NCBI GenBank assembly: GCA_016192835.1
Contig: JACPTJ010000107.1
Location: 1 to 47,794 of the forward strand
From: Betaproteobacteria bacterium
GTDB lineage: Bacteria > Pseudomonadota > Gammaproteobacteria > Burkholderiales > SG8-41
Direction: 5' to 3'
DNA: 47,794 bases
The translations under genes and the position numbers were made by a program. Positions 1 to 9,112 of the stretch are shown piece after piece. The notes below the pieces were generated by a model, which saw only the letters and a list, made by a program, of their open reading frames with translations, ran no database searches and had not been told where the DNA came from. Each line of letters starts with the position of its first letter. Position 1 is the stretch's first letter.

Positions 1-671
1 CTCCGATGCCAATATTGGCGATGAGCCTCGCCCGAAAAACCCACGCCCCCGATATGGCGTTCGTTTCAGGGGCCGAAGGGGTAGATCCCGATGTTGAGCG
101 CATCTATCTGTCGTCTTTCGACCCCCGTCAGAATCGTGACGCGGTAGGGTATTTTGGCTTGCATGAGGTATTTGACCTGGCGCAACGCGGCGAACTGCAC
201 GTGATGTTTCTGGGCTCGGCACAGATCGACCGTTACGGAAACACAAATCTCAGCGTTATCGGAAGCATCGACAACCCCAAGGTGCAACTCCCCGGAGGAG
301 CGGCATCGGCCTTCCTCATGCCGATTACGCCGAAGGTGGTGATCTGGAGTGCCAGGCACACGCTCCGGACCTTTGTCGAGGAAGTCGATTTTGTAACCGG
401 GCAGGGCTACAACCACCGCTCGAAGGAGCAGATGAAGAACGAGATGACGATTGTATCCAATCTCGGCGTGATGAACTTCAAGAACCCTGACAGAGTGATG
501 CAGCTACAGTCTTATCACCCGGGTCGCAGCATAGACGATATAAAGAAGAATACGGGCTTTGATCTTCGGGTCGCGCCAGATGCAGCCGAAACCCCAGTTC
601 CCGGGCCGCAGATTGTCGACATCATCAGGGCTATGGATCCTGACGGGATTCGCGCAACCGAGTTTGGTTGA
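1..671 (+). CDS. CoA-transferase beta subunit (family I, glutaconate/3-oxoacid CoA-transferase B-like), 5'-truncated by window edge
   Basis: The frame of ORF 6..671 is open to the window edge. 'FVSGAEG', 'MFLGSAQIDRYGNTNLSVIG' and 'QLPGGAASAF' resemble family I CoA-transferase B subunits. The expected N-terminal segment is absent, and the alpha subunit is presumably upstream of the window. Confidence 0.65.
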   Translation, partial: PMPILAMSLARKTHAPDMAFVSGAEGVDPDVERIYLSSFDPRQNRDAVGYFGLHEVFDLAQRGELHVMFLGSAQIDRYGNTNLSVIGSIDNPKVQLPGGAASAFLMPITPKVVIWSARHTLRTFVEEVDFVTGQGYNHRSKEQMKNEMTIVSNLGVMNFKNPDRVMQLQSYHPGRSIDDIKKNTGFDLRVAPDAAETPVPGPQIVDIIRAMDPDGIRATEFG

Positions 672-779
672 TCTGCGGACTGTGCATGTGGTATCGAGCA
701 AGACAGTAGGGGGTATGAGCGATGAAAATAGTGCGCTGCCTACTTACATAATTTTTCGCGTTGTGAAGGAGCACGGAAT

Positions 780-2150
780 ATGTACTCGAAGAGGATTGCG
801 GAGTTTGTCGCTTCTTTAAAGTATGAGGATCTCCCAAGAGAGGTGATCGAAAAAGCGAAGGATTGCGTGCGGGATCATCTGGGCTGCGTCCTGGGATCTT
901 ACCCCTTCGAGGAATCGAAGATGGTGGCCGAATGGGTGAGGGACCTGGGAGACCGGAAAGAGAGCACTGTCCTGGGATGGGGTCATAGGACTTCTTGCCG
1001 CAACGCGGCCCTTGCCAACGGCTATTTTGCAGAGGTCCTGGAGACACAGGATGGCGTGACGTATGGGAATAATCATCCGGCTTCCGTGGTCCTGCCGGCC
1101 TCGCTGGCGGCGGCTGAATACCTGAAGCAGGGAGGCAAGGAATTCGTGACGGCCGTGGTCGCCGGATACGAGGTGATGAATCGAATCGCCGCTTCCCTGC
1201 CGCCGGAAAAAAGCGTGGGGTTCATGAAGACAGGCACCACGGGGACTTTCGCCGCCGCTGTCTCAGTCGGGAAACTTCTGGGATTGGACAGCTCCCAGCT
1301 CGTTCACGCCATGGGGATCGCCGGTTTCATATTGCCGATCTCTTCCCGGGAGAACATGTGGGGCACAACCATCAAGCCGTTCGTCGGTGGGCAGGCCGCG
1401 AAGGCGGGGGTCGAAGCGGCACTTCTGGCTCAAAAAGGATTTACGGGATGCCAGGAGATTTTCATGGGAACAGCTCCTCGTTACCTGGGCTTCTGCAATC
1501 TCGTCAGTCGCGAGCCCGCACTCGAGAAACTGATCGAGGGTCTGGGCGAGAGGTATACGATCCTGGATGTCTATTTCAAGCCGTATGCAGCCTGCCGTCT
1601 TTCTCACAGCGCGATCGAGGCGGCCCTGACCCTGGTGGAAGAGAACGACATCCTTCCGGACGCCGTCGACAGGATCGAGGTGAAGACCTTTGCCAGGGCC
1701 GCCCGGGAGATAGGGGGAAGGTATCCCGAAGCCAACAGCAGCTTTGTCACCTGTCAATTCAGCCTCCCGTACATTCTGGCCGTGGTCGTTTCAGACAGAA
1801 CCTTAGGGCCGAAGCAGTATCGCCGCGAGAAGATATCCGATCCCAGGATCCTGGAGCTTGCGAAAAAGGTTCAAGTGATTCCTGACGATCTCATGACCAG
1901 CATCTATCCTGAGAAGGCACAGGCAAGGGTCAAGATTTTTCTTCGAGGCGGAACGGCCTTTGAAAAGCAGATAGACCATCCCAAGTGGGAACCGGAAAGG
2001 GGAATTCCCAGGGAGGAACGCCTGGCCAAGTTTCATGCCCTGGCCTCGGAAATTTTGCCAAAGGAAAGGATAGAGAAGATCGATCGAATCGTCGACCGTC
2101 TGGAAAAGTTGAAAAGAATCTCAACGCTCGTCCGGGAGGCCGTTTTGTAA
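780..2150 (+). CDS. MmgE/PrpD family protein (2-methylcitrate dehydratase-like fold), paralog 1 of 5
   Basis: 456-aa ORF with GAAGGAG upstream. 'IAEFVASLKYEDLPREVIEKAKDCVRDHLGCVLG' and 'ANGYFAEVLETQD..NHPASVVLPA' are typical MmgE/PrpD N-domain motifs. Confidence 0.88.
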   Translation: MYSKRIAEFVASLKYEDLPREVIEKAKDCVRDHLGCVLGSYPFEESKMVAEWVRDLGDRKESTVLGWGHRTSCRNAALANGYFAEVLETQDGVTYGNNHPASVVLPASLAAAEYLKQGGKEFVTAVVAGYEVMNRIAASLPPEKSVGFMKTGTTGTFAAAVSVGKLLGLDSSQLVHAMGIAGFILPISSRENMWGTTIKPFVGGQAAKAGVEAALLAQKGFTGCQEIFMGTAPRYLGFCNLVSREPALEKLIEGLGERYTILDVYFKPYAACRLSHSAIEAALTLVEENDILPDAVDRIEVKTFARAAREIGGRYPEANSSFVTCQFSLPYILAVVVSDRTLGPKQYRREKISDPRILELAKKVQVIPDDLMTSIYPEKAQARVKIFLRGGTAFEKQIDHPKWEPERGIPREERLAKFHALASEILPKERIEKIDRIVDRLEKLKRISTLVREAVL

Positions 2151-2219
2151 AGCGGACGATTTCTCCGCGGGCTTAGTTTCGGTCGTGAAAAACGAAAGAC
2201 AGGGGATAGGAATCTGGAA

Positions 2220-3725
2220 ATGCGATTGGATGACGTGAAGCAAGTAGATGTTGTGGTGGTAGGCGCGGGCAATGCGGCGGTTTGTTCCGCGCTCGCGGCA
2301 CATGATGCCGGAGCGAAGGTGGTGATACTGGAGAAGGCGCCGGAAGCGGAACGAGGAGGGAACAGTTTCTTCACAGCGGGCGCAACCCGATTCGTATTCA
2401 ACAATATCGGGGAACTCCGTGAAGTTCTTGACGTGAGCATAGAGGAGGCGCGCACGGTCGATTTTGGAACTTACACCGAAGAGAACTTTTTTGACGATAT
2501 GGGCCGCGTCACCCATTATCGGTGTGACCCGGATCTCACCGAGGTGCTGGTGCGGAATAGCCGGCGTACGTTAGCGTGGATGAAGAGCAAAGGCGTGCGT
2601 TTTGAAGCAATGTATGGCCGTCAGGCGCACAAGGTGGGAGGGACGTTCAAGTTTTTCGGTGGCATGGTGTGCGCGTTCTGGGGCGGTGGCGCCGGGCTGA
2701 TGGAAGGCCTGCAGGAGGCCGCAAAAAAAGCCCGGATACCCGTGTTGTATGAAACGTCGGCACAATCGCTGCTATACCGTGGCGGTCGCGTGCGCGGCGT
2801 ACTGGCTGAATCCGGAGGAGAGCAGGCTGAGATCGAGGCGGGGGCGGTGGTTCTTGCCTGCGGCGGATTCGAATCGAATGCCGAAATGCGCGCGCGTTAC
2901 CTGGGACCGAACTGGGATCTCGCCAAAGTGCGCGGCACGCGCTTCAATACGGGCGGGGGCCTGAACATGGCGCTCGGCATCGGCGCGATGCCGTGCGGGC
3001 ACTGGTCGGGGGCACATGCCGTGGGTTGGGACATGAATGCTCCGCCATTTGGAGACCGGATTGTTGGGGACGGATTCCAGAAGCACAGTTATCCTTTCGG
3101 AATCATGGTGAATGCGAATGGCGAACGGTTCGTCGATGAGGGGGCGGATTTTCGCAACTACACCTACGCCAAGTATGGACAGGACGTCCTGAAACAGCCG
3201 GGAATGTTTGCCTGGCAGGTCTACGATGCCAAGGTGGCCCATCTCCTGCGTGACGAGTATCGCATCAAGCAGGTTACCAAGGTCGAAGCGGGCTCGATCG
3301 AAGAGCTTGCCGACCGATTGGAGGGAGTAGATGCGAAGCGCTTCCTGAAGACCGTGTCCGAGTACAACGAGGCGGTGTGCCGTGACATTCCATTCAGCAC
3401 TGTGGTGAAAGATGGCAGGTGCACCCGGGGTTTGGAGATTCCGAAATCCAACTGGGCGGAGACCATCGATAAGCCGCCGTTTCAGGCGTATGCGATTACC
3501 TGTGGCATTACCTTTAGCTTCGGCGGTGTAAAGGTCTCGCCCCAGGCGGCGGTGCAGAGCGTGTCGGGCAGGGACATTCGGGGTTTGTATGCCGCAGGCG
3601 AAATGGTCGGCGGGCTTTTCTACTTCAACTATCCGAGCGGCACCGGACTGGTATCGGGCGCAGTGTTCGGGCGCATCGCGGGAACCCAGGCCGCATCGCA
3701 CGCGAAGAAAGCGGTTAACGCATAG
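2220..3725 (+). CDS. FAD-dependent oxidoreductase, fumarate-reductase/TcuA (tricarballylate dehydrogenase)-like flavoprotein
   Basis: 501-aa ORF. It has the dinucleotide fold 'VDVVVVGAGNAAVCSALAAHDAGAKVVILEK', 'ERGGNS', and the C-terminal 'GLYAAGEMVGG' seen in soluble FRD/TcuA-type flavoproteins. Confidence 0.8.
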   Translation: MRLDDVKQVDVVVVGAGNAAVCSALAAHDAGAKVVILEKAPEAERGGNSFFTAGATRFVFNNIGELREVLDVSIEEARTVDFGTYTEENFFDDMGRVTHYRCDPDLTEVLVRNSRRTLAWMKSKGVRFEAMYGRQAHKVGGTFKFFGGMVCAFWGGGAGLMEGLQEAAKKARIPVLYETSAQSLLYRGGRVRGVLAESGGEQAEIEAGAVVLACGGFESNAEMRARYLGPNWDLAKVRGTRFNTGGGLNMALGIGAMPCGHWSGAHAVGWDMNAPPFGDRIVGDGFQKHSYPFGIMVNANGERFVDEGADFRNYTYAKYGQDVLKQPGMFAWQVYDAKVAHLLRDEYRIKQVTKVEAGSIEELADRLEGVDAKRFLKTVSEYNEAVCRDIPFSTVVKDGRCTRGLEIPKSNWAETIDKPPFQAYAITCGITFSFGGVKVSPQAAVQSVSGRDIRGLYAAGEMVGGLFYFNYPSGTGLVSGAVFGRIAGTQAASHAKKAVNA

Positions 3726-3797
3726 AGGTAAGAGCTTGATCGGCGCAGGAAAACGGGTTACGTAGAGGAATAAGCAGTCGCTTCGAGGAGGAGCCGA

Positions 3798-4952
3798 ATG
3801 GCCGTGAAGAACAATAACCGCTCGACCGTCACCATCGCTGCGGGCGGTGACGTGGGTACCGGGCACAAGCCGCCCGAAAGCGCGTTTACCCACGTCCTGG
3901 ACGCGCTGCGTGCGTCGGACATCAGCATTGCGCAGGTTGAAAAGCTGTACTCCGAACGCGGAACGTACCAGTACCAGAGCCTGGCTGAGAAGATTGAGGT
4001 GCGCCAGCCGCCGGCGAGCGCGGCGGCCTTCGCCAGCGTGCCATTCGACGTACTTTCGCTTGCATCCAATCACACCGGTGATTTCGGCCCGCAAGCGATC
4101 GAGGACACGCTGGACGTCTTCCACGAGCTCGGCATACCGACCGCGGGATTGGGCCGCAACATCGCGGAGGCGCGCAAACCGGTGATACTCGAAAGAAACG
4201 GCCTTCGCGTGGCGTTCCTTTCCTATTGCTCGGTACTGCTTCCCCAGTATTGGGCGGAGCAGGACCGGCCGGGTTGTGCGCCGATGCGCGCGCATACGTT
4301 CTACGAGCCGTATGAATTTCAGCCGGGATCGCCGCCGCGAGTCGTGACCATCCCGCATCAACAGGATTTCGAATTGCTGGTCGAGGACGTGCGCCGTGCA
4401 AGACAGGCCGCGGACGCGGTGGTCGTATCCCTCCACTGGGGTCTGCATTACGTCGCGAAGCCGTTTGCGTACCAGACCGCGGTTGCGCACGCAGCAATCG
4501 ATGCCGGCGCCTGCGCCATCCTGGGGCACCATCCGCATCAACTGCAGGGGATGGAGTTGTACAAGGACGCCGCTGTTTTCTACAGCCTGGGCAACCTGGC
4601 GTTCCACCGGCGCGGCGGCGGACCGGCCTATTGCATGCCGAACGGCGAGTATACGCACAAGGACGTGTATACTTTGAACGTCGATCCGGGGGTCACTTTC
4701 GACTACCGCCGGCACTGGAACGAGACTGGCATTGCGTACATCGAGCTCGACCATCTCGGGCTGAAGAAAGTGACCTATCTGCCGGCGCTGCTGAACGCGG
4801 CCGGCCAGCCCGAACCCGTGAACCGGGGACAGGCGCATTTCGAGACCATACGTACCTACCTCGAATGGGCGGCGGCGGACCTGCCGGGCGGCATCCGCGA
4901 GATCGGCGTTGAAGACGACCGCTATATCCTGTTCAACCGGGGTCGCGCCTAG
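3798..4952 (+). CDS. CapA/PGA_cap family metallophosphoesterase-like protein, paralog 1 (apparently cytoplasmic)
   Basis: 384-aa ORF with 'SLASNHTGDFG', 'VVVSLHWGLHY', 'ILGHHPHQLQG' and 'YSLGNL'. The N-terminus 'MAVKNNNRSTVTIAAGGDVGTGH' has no hydrophobic leader. Long runs are shared with 42910..44061 ('PPESAFTHV', 'EARKPVILE', 'YCSVLLPQ', 'VAHAAIDAGA', 'FHRRGGGPA'). Confidence 0.85.
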   Translation: MAVKNNNRSTVTIAAGGDVGTGHKPPESAFTHVLDALRASDISIAQVEKLYSERGTYQYQSLAEKIEVRQPPASAAAFASVPFDVLSLASNHTGDFGPQAIEDTLDVFHELGIPTAGLGRNIAEARKPVILERNGLRVAFLSYCSVLLPQYWAEQDRPGCAPMRAHTFYEPYEFQPGSPPRVVTIPHQQDFELLVEDVRRARQAADAVVVSLHWGLHYVAKPFAYQTAVAHAAIDAGACAILGHHPHQLQGMELYKDAAVFYSLGNLAFHRRGGGPAYCMPNGEYTHKDVYTLNVDPGVTFDYRRHWNETGIAYIELDHLGLKKVTYLPALLNAAGQPEPVNRGQAHFETIRTYLEWAAADLPGGIREIGVEDDRYILFNRGRA

Positions 4953-5018
4953 CTGACACGGCCGGCGCGGATCGCGATGCAAACCGGGATATAGATCGCT
5001 CGTCGAAAGGAAGATGCC

Positions 5019-6431
5019 ATGGCCTCCGCCAAAACAATGCTTCAGAAGGTGCTCGATTTGCATACGGTCACTCAGCGGGCCGAAGACGAGCTGCTCCTGT
5101 ACGTGGACTACAATGTCGTCCACGAGGGCCCGTTCTACGCATTTGATGGATTGGCGCGCGAGGGGCGGAAAGTCATGCGGCCGTCACAGACGGTCGGTTT
5201 TGCCGATCACTACGTTCCGACGGTCGGCAGGAAACTGGGCACGGCGGGAATCGCCGATCCCGAGGCGCGAAGCATGGTGGAGCGCCTGCAGCAAAATGCC
5301 GAACGTACCGGCATTCTGCACTTTGGCATGGCGGATCCGCAGCAGGGCATCATGCACGTCGTCGTTCCCGAACTGGGGATGGCGCATCCCGGCATGGTCA
5401 TCGTCGGTTCTGATTCGCACACCTGCACGAACGGCGCTTTCGGAGCGCTTGGCTTCGGCGTCGGCGCGTCGCAGATTAAGCATGTGCTGGCCACGCAAAC
5501 GATCTGGTTTCGCAAGCCCCCCACGCTGCGGATCACCGTAAGCGGAGACCTGGGGCGCGGCGTGAGCGCGAAGGATCTGGCTCTTGCCATCATTTCCCGT
5601 ATCGGCGTCGCGGGTGGCAGCGGTTATGCCATAGAGTACGCGGGTGACGCAGTGCGCTCGCTCGCCATGGAAAGCCGGATGACGCTTTGCAATATGACCA
5701 TAGAGATGGGCGCGCGAGCGGGGATGATCGCTCCGGACGAGAAGACCCGGGACTACCTGCAGGATCGGCCATACGCGCCGTCAGGGGAAGCCTGGGGGCA
5801 GGCGCTCTCGTTCTGGCAGTCGCTGCGCAGCGACGACGAGGCCAGATTCGATGCGCAGGTTGACGTCGATGGCTCCGAACTGCAGCCGATGGTCACCTGG
5901 GGGACCTGCCAGGACGAGGCGTCCGCCGTTTCGGCCAGCATTCCGGACCCGCGGGCGATTACCGATCCGGCGCGCCGCGCGCGGGCCGAGCATGCGCTCG
6001 TGTACATGGGCCTCAAGCCCGGCACCCCGATCAGGGACATCAAAATCGATCGCGTCTTCATCGGTTCGTGCACCAACGCGCGCCTGGAGGACTTGCGCGA
6101 TGCCGCCGCCGTCGCGCGCGGAAAGATGGCGCGCATACCTGCCATCGTGGTGCCGGGGTCGATGAGCGTGAAGCGGGCGGCGGAAGCGGAGGGCCTGCAC
6201 GAAGTTTTTCTAGGCGCGGGTTTTGAATGGCGGGACGCAGGTTGCTCGATGTGCACCGGATCGAACGGGGATTTGGTGCCGGCTGGCGAACGGTGCGCCT
6301 CGACCTCGAACCGCAACATGGAAGGCCGGCAGGGGAAGGGCAGCCGCACCCATCTCGTCAGTCCGGCGATGGCCGCGGCCGCCGCGATTACCGGCCGCCT
6401 TGCCGACGCGCGCGACTTCATAGGGAACTGA
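5019..6431 (+). CDS. Aconitase-family hydro-lyase large subunit (3-isopropylmalate dehydratase LeuC-like)
   Basis: 470-aa ORF. Fe-S ligand contexts 'GSDSHTCTNGAFGALGFGVG', 'FIGSCTNARLEDL' and 'GCSMCTG' are present, plus 'STSNRNMEGRQG'. Confidence 0.9.
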   Translation: MASAKTMLQKVLDLHTVTQRAEDELLLYVDYNVVHEGPFYAFDGLAREGRKVMRPSQTVGFADHYVPTVGRKLGTAGIADPEARSMVERLQQNAERTGILHFGMADPQQGIMHVVVPELGMAHPGMVIVGSDSHTCTNGAFGALGFGVGASQIKHVLATQTIWFRKPPTLRITVSGDLGRGVSAKDLALAIISRIGVAGGSGYAIEYAGDAVRSLAMESRMTLCNMTIEMGARAGMIAPDEKTRDYLQDRPYAPSGEAWGQALSFWQSLRSDDEARFDAQVDVDGSELQPMVTWGTCQDEASAVSASIPDPRAITDPARRARAEHALVYMGLKPGTPIRDIKIDRVFIGSCTNARLEDLRDAAAVARGKMARIPAIVVPGSMSVKRAAEAEGLHEVFLGAGFEWRDAGCSMCTGSNGDLVPAGERCASTSNRNMEGRQGKGSRTHLVSPAMAAAAAITGRLADARDFIGN

Positions 6432-6432
6432 C

Positions 6433-7056
6433 ATGGAGGCTTTCACCACACTCAGGGCCGTTGCCGTTCCGTACTATCATGCCGACGTCGACACCGATGA
6501 ATTGATACCGCATCGTTTCCTGCGCAAGCCGCTGTCCGCGGGCTATGGCAACTTTCTTTTCTACGACAAGCGCCACGGCTCGGACGATCGGGAGGATCCA
6601 GCCTTCGTTCTGAACAAGGCGCCGTACCGCCGCGCGCAGGTGCTCGTGTCGGGCCGTAACTTCGGTTGCGGCTCGACGCGCGAAGGGGCCGTTTATGCGT
6701 TGCGCGATTACGGAATCCGGGCCGTGATCGCACCGAGCCTCGCCGACATCTTCAGCGGCAACTGCGTGCAGAACGGAGTGCTGCCGGTCGCGCTCCCGGA
6801 ACGCAGCGTAGAAGCGCTTTGCGCGCAATTGGAAGCGGAGCCTGGCGCCGAGGTGAGAATCGATCTTGCCGACCAGAGCGTCACGATGCCCGACGGCACG
6901 TTCTGCCGCTTCGAGATCGAGCAATCGCGCAAAACCCAGCTCTTCGAGGGCCTCGATGAAATCGAGATCACGCTGAAACATCGCGATGCGATCGCACGCT
7001 TCGAGGCGCAGTATTGCGCGCGCCTGCCGTGGCTCGCCGGCTCGAGGTCCGCATGA
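6433..7056 (+). CDS. Aconitase-family hydro-lyase small subunit (LeuD-like)
   Basis: 207-aa ORF starting 1 nt after the large-subunit stop. 'GRNFGCGSTREGAVYAL' and 'APSLADIFSGNCVQNG' are typical swivel-domain motifs. Confidence 0.9.
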   Translation: MEAFTTLRAVAVPYYHADVDTDELIPHRFLRKPLSAGYGNFLFYDKRHGSDDREDPAFVLNKAPYRRAQVLVSGRNFGCGSTREGAVYALRDYGIRAVIAPSLADIFSGNCVQNGVLPVALPERSVEALCAQLEAEPGAEVRIDLADQSVTMPDGTFCRFEIEQSRKTQLFEGLDEIEITLKHRDAIARFEAQYCARLPWLAGSRSA

Positions 7057-8066
7057 TGAGGATCGCGTTACGACGACCGGCGCGTCTGCCACAGGCGCGG
7101 ACAGCGCGATGGAGAACCGCATACGCACTTGCAGCCTGCTTGTCTTACGCGCATACGCCTGCAATCTCGCAAAGCTATCCGGCCAAGCCGGTACGGTTCA
7201 TCGTGCCTTTTGTACCCGGCGGCGGGACGGATTTCATCGGCCGGCTCGTTGCAGCCAAACTCGGTCAGGCATGGGGCCAGCAGGTCATCATCGACAACCG
7301 GCCTGGGGCGAGCGGCAACATCGGCGCAGAAGCAGGTGTAAGGGCCGCGCCGGACGGCTATACGCTGACGCTCGTTTCAAGCGGGTACACGACCAACGCC
7401 GTCATGACGCCGCTCAAGTTCGACGCGATTGGCGACATCACTTCGGTCGTGCTGCTCGACAAAGGACCTTTCCTCGTGGTCGTTCATCCATCGCTGCCTG
7501 TGAAGACCGCGAAGGATCTCGTCGCGCTTGCGCGCGTTCAACCGGGGGCGATCAATTATGCATCGAGCGGACAGGGTAGCATTCTGCACCTCGCCACCGA
7601 GCTCTTTTTGAGCATGACGAAGACCCGGATGACAAACATTCCTTACAAGGGAACCGGTCCGGCCATCACCGATACGATCGCGGGACAAACCCACGTGCTA
7701 TTTGGCAGCATTACCGCGACGTTGCCTCACGTGAAGTCCGGGCGTCTGCGCGGAATCGCCGTGACGAGCGCAGAGCGCGTCGCGGCCGAAAGCAGCATAC
7801 CGACACTCGCCGAGTCCGGTGTCCGCGGGTACGACGTCAACAACTGGCATGGTCTCATCGGCCCTCGGGGGCTTTCCCGGGCGTTGGTCGAGCGCATCAA
7901 TAAAGACATCATACGGATCATGCAGGAGAGTGATATGGAAGAGAAATTGCGAAGAGAGGGCGTCGCGCCCGCGGCCGGAACACCCGAAGTTTTCCTCGAT
8001 CAGATGAAAAAGGAAATCCAGACATGGCGCAGGGTGGTCGAACAGACGGGAATCAAAATCGAATGA
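7053..8066 (+). CDS. Bug/TctC family periplasmic solute receptor
   Basis: 'SQSYPAKPVRFIVPFVPGGGTD', 'IDNRPGASGNIG', 'YASSGQGSILHL' and 'IPYKGTGPA'. ATG 7053 overlaps the LeuD-like stop (ATGA). The ORF track's alternative start is 7014. Confidence 0.88.
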   Translation: MMRIALRRPARLPQARTARWRTAYALAACLSYAHTPAISQSYPAKPVRFIVPFVPGGGTDFIGRLVAAKLGQAWGQQVIIDNRPGASGNIGAEAGVRAAPDGYTLTLVSSGYTTNAVMTPLKFDAIGDITSVVLLDKGPFLVVVHPSLPVKTAKDLVALARVQPGAINYASSGQGSILHLATELFLSMTKTRMTNIPYKGTGPAITDTIAGQTHVLFGSITATLPHVKSGRLRGIAVTSAERVAAESSIPTLAESGVRGYDVNNWHGLIGPRGLSRALVERINKDIIRIMQESDMEEKLRREGVAPAAGTPEVFLDQMKKEIQTWRRVVEQTGIKIE

Positions 8067-9037
8067 TGCGCCCGCGGCACTATCGCGCGTCGCTGCTGTT
8101 TTTCGCGTTACTCTGCGCCATGTCCCGACTCGCGGCGCAGGACTATCCCGTCAAGCCCGTGCGCATCCTGGTCGGCTTCGCTGCAGGCAGCGCGACCGAC
8201 ATGGCTGCGCGCATGCTCGTGCCGAGGCTTAACGAGAGCCTCGGCCAGCCCGTCATCGTCGAGAACCGCCCCGGTGCCGGCGGCGTGATCGCGATCGAAG
8301 CGATCGCGAAGGCTCCTCCCGATGGTTACACGCTGCTCATGTCGGCTGCGTCGATCACCATACAACCGGCGATGCGCACGAAGCTGACGTTTGACGTATT
8401 ACGCGACTTCTCTCCGGTGTCACTGGTCGTGACTGGTCCGTACGTACTCGTCGTCCATCCGTCGGTGCCTGCGCGCAGTACGAAAGATCTCGTCGCGCTT
8501 GCGCGATCCAAACCCGGGGCACTGAACTATGCCTCGTCGGGTGTGGGCAGCTCGCCGCACTTCGCGGGTGAGTTGTTCAACGCACTGGCGAAAGTAAAAA
8601 CCGCGCACGTGCCCTACAAAGGATCTCCCGAAGCCGCACTCGCGGTCGCCAAAGGCGAGGCGGACTTCAACTTCCCCAGCATTACCGGCGGCCGGCCTTT
8701 GATCGAAGCTGGACGCGTGCGCCCGATCGCCATCAGTACGGCGAAGCGTACAGCCCTCATGCCCGACATGCCCACGCTGCACGAATCCGGCGTTCCCGGA
8801 TACGACCGTAGTGGCTGGTACGGCCTTATAGGGCCGGTCGGCTTGCCCAAAGACGTATTGAACAAGCTCAACGCGGCGATCGCAAAGGGTGTGAATACGC
8901 CGGAAATGAAAACCGCGTTTTTCAAGCAAGGTCTCGAGCCGGAGACCAATACGCCGGAGCAGTTTGCCGACCTGATACGCAGGGAAGTCGACCAGAACGA
9001 GAAGCTTGCGCGTGCCGCAGGTATCGCCAAAGAGTAG
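8063..9037 (+). CDS. Bug/TctC family periplasmic solute receptor
   Basis: 'AQDYPVKPVRILVGFAAGSATD', 'VENRPGAGG', 'YASSGVGSSPHF' and 'VPYKGSPEA'. ATG 8063 overlaps the preceding Bug stop (ATGA). The signal peptide is 'MMRPRHYRASLLFFALLCAMSRLAA'. The ORF-track start is 8024. Confidence 0.88.
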   Translation: MMRPRHYRASLLFFALLCAMSRLAAQDYPVKPVRILVGFAAGSATDMAARMLVPRLNESLGQPVIVENRPGAGGVIAIEAIAKAPPDGYTLLMSAASITIQPAMRTKLTFDVLRDFSPVSLVVTGPYVLVVHPSVPARSTKDLVALARSKPGALNYASSGVGSSPHFAGELFNALAKVKTAHVPYKGSPEAALAVAKGEADFNFPSITGGRPLIEAGRVRPIAISTAKRTALMPDMPTLHESGVPGYDRSGWYGLIGPVGLPKDVLNKLNAAIAKGVNTPEMKTAFFKQGLEPETNTPEQFADLIRREVDQNEKLARAAGIAKE

Positions 9038-9112
9038 ACAGCGGGTGTCACGCAGCCGCGCCATGCGCGGCTTGCTTCGCATGGACAACGCTCGAATACG
9101 CAGGGACATCTC

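Noticed and set aside
2220-3725. Assigning the gene symbol tcuA
   Set aside because: The family resemblance is clear, but there is no tcuB or tcuC context and the substrate is unknown. I kept the call at family level.
2772-5123. 783-aa minus-strand ORF, the second-longest in the track
   Set aside because: It is fully antisense to two well-supported plus-strand genes (the TcuA-like flavoprotein and CapA-like protein). It is Arg/Ala/Pro-rich and low-complexity with no family motifs. This is the typical stop-poor antisense frame of high-GC DNA.
5019-7056. Assigning leuC/leuD symbols
   Set aside because: There is no leuA/leuB context, and the pair is embedded in a catabolic cluster coupled to a Bug gene. 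It is likely a paralogous hydro-lyase rather than the biosynthetic enzyme.
9054-9072. Hairpin AGCCGCG-CCATG-CGCGGCT after the tandem Bug pair, as a terminator
   Set aside because: It has a 7-bp GC stem but no following T-run. The next gene starts 41 nt later in the same orientation, so it may at most be an attenuating or stabilising hairpin.
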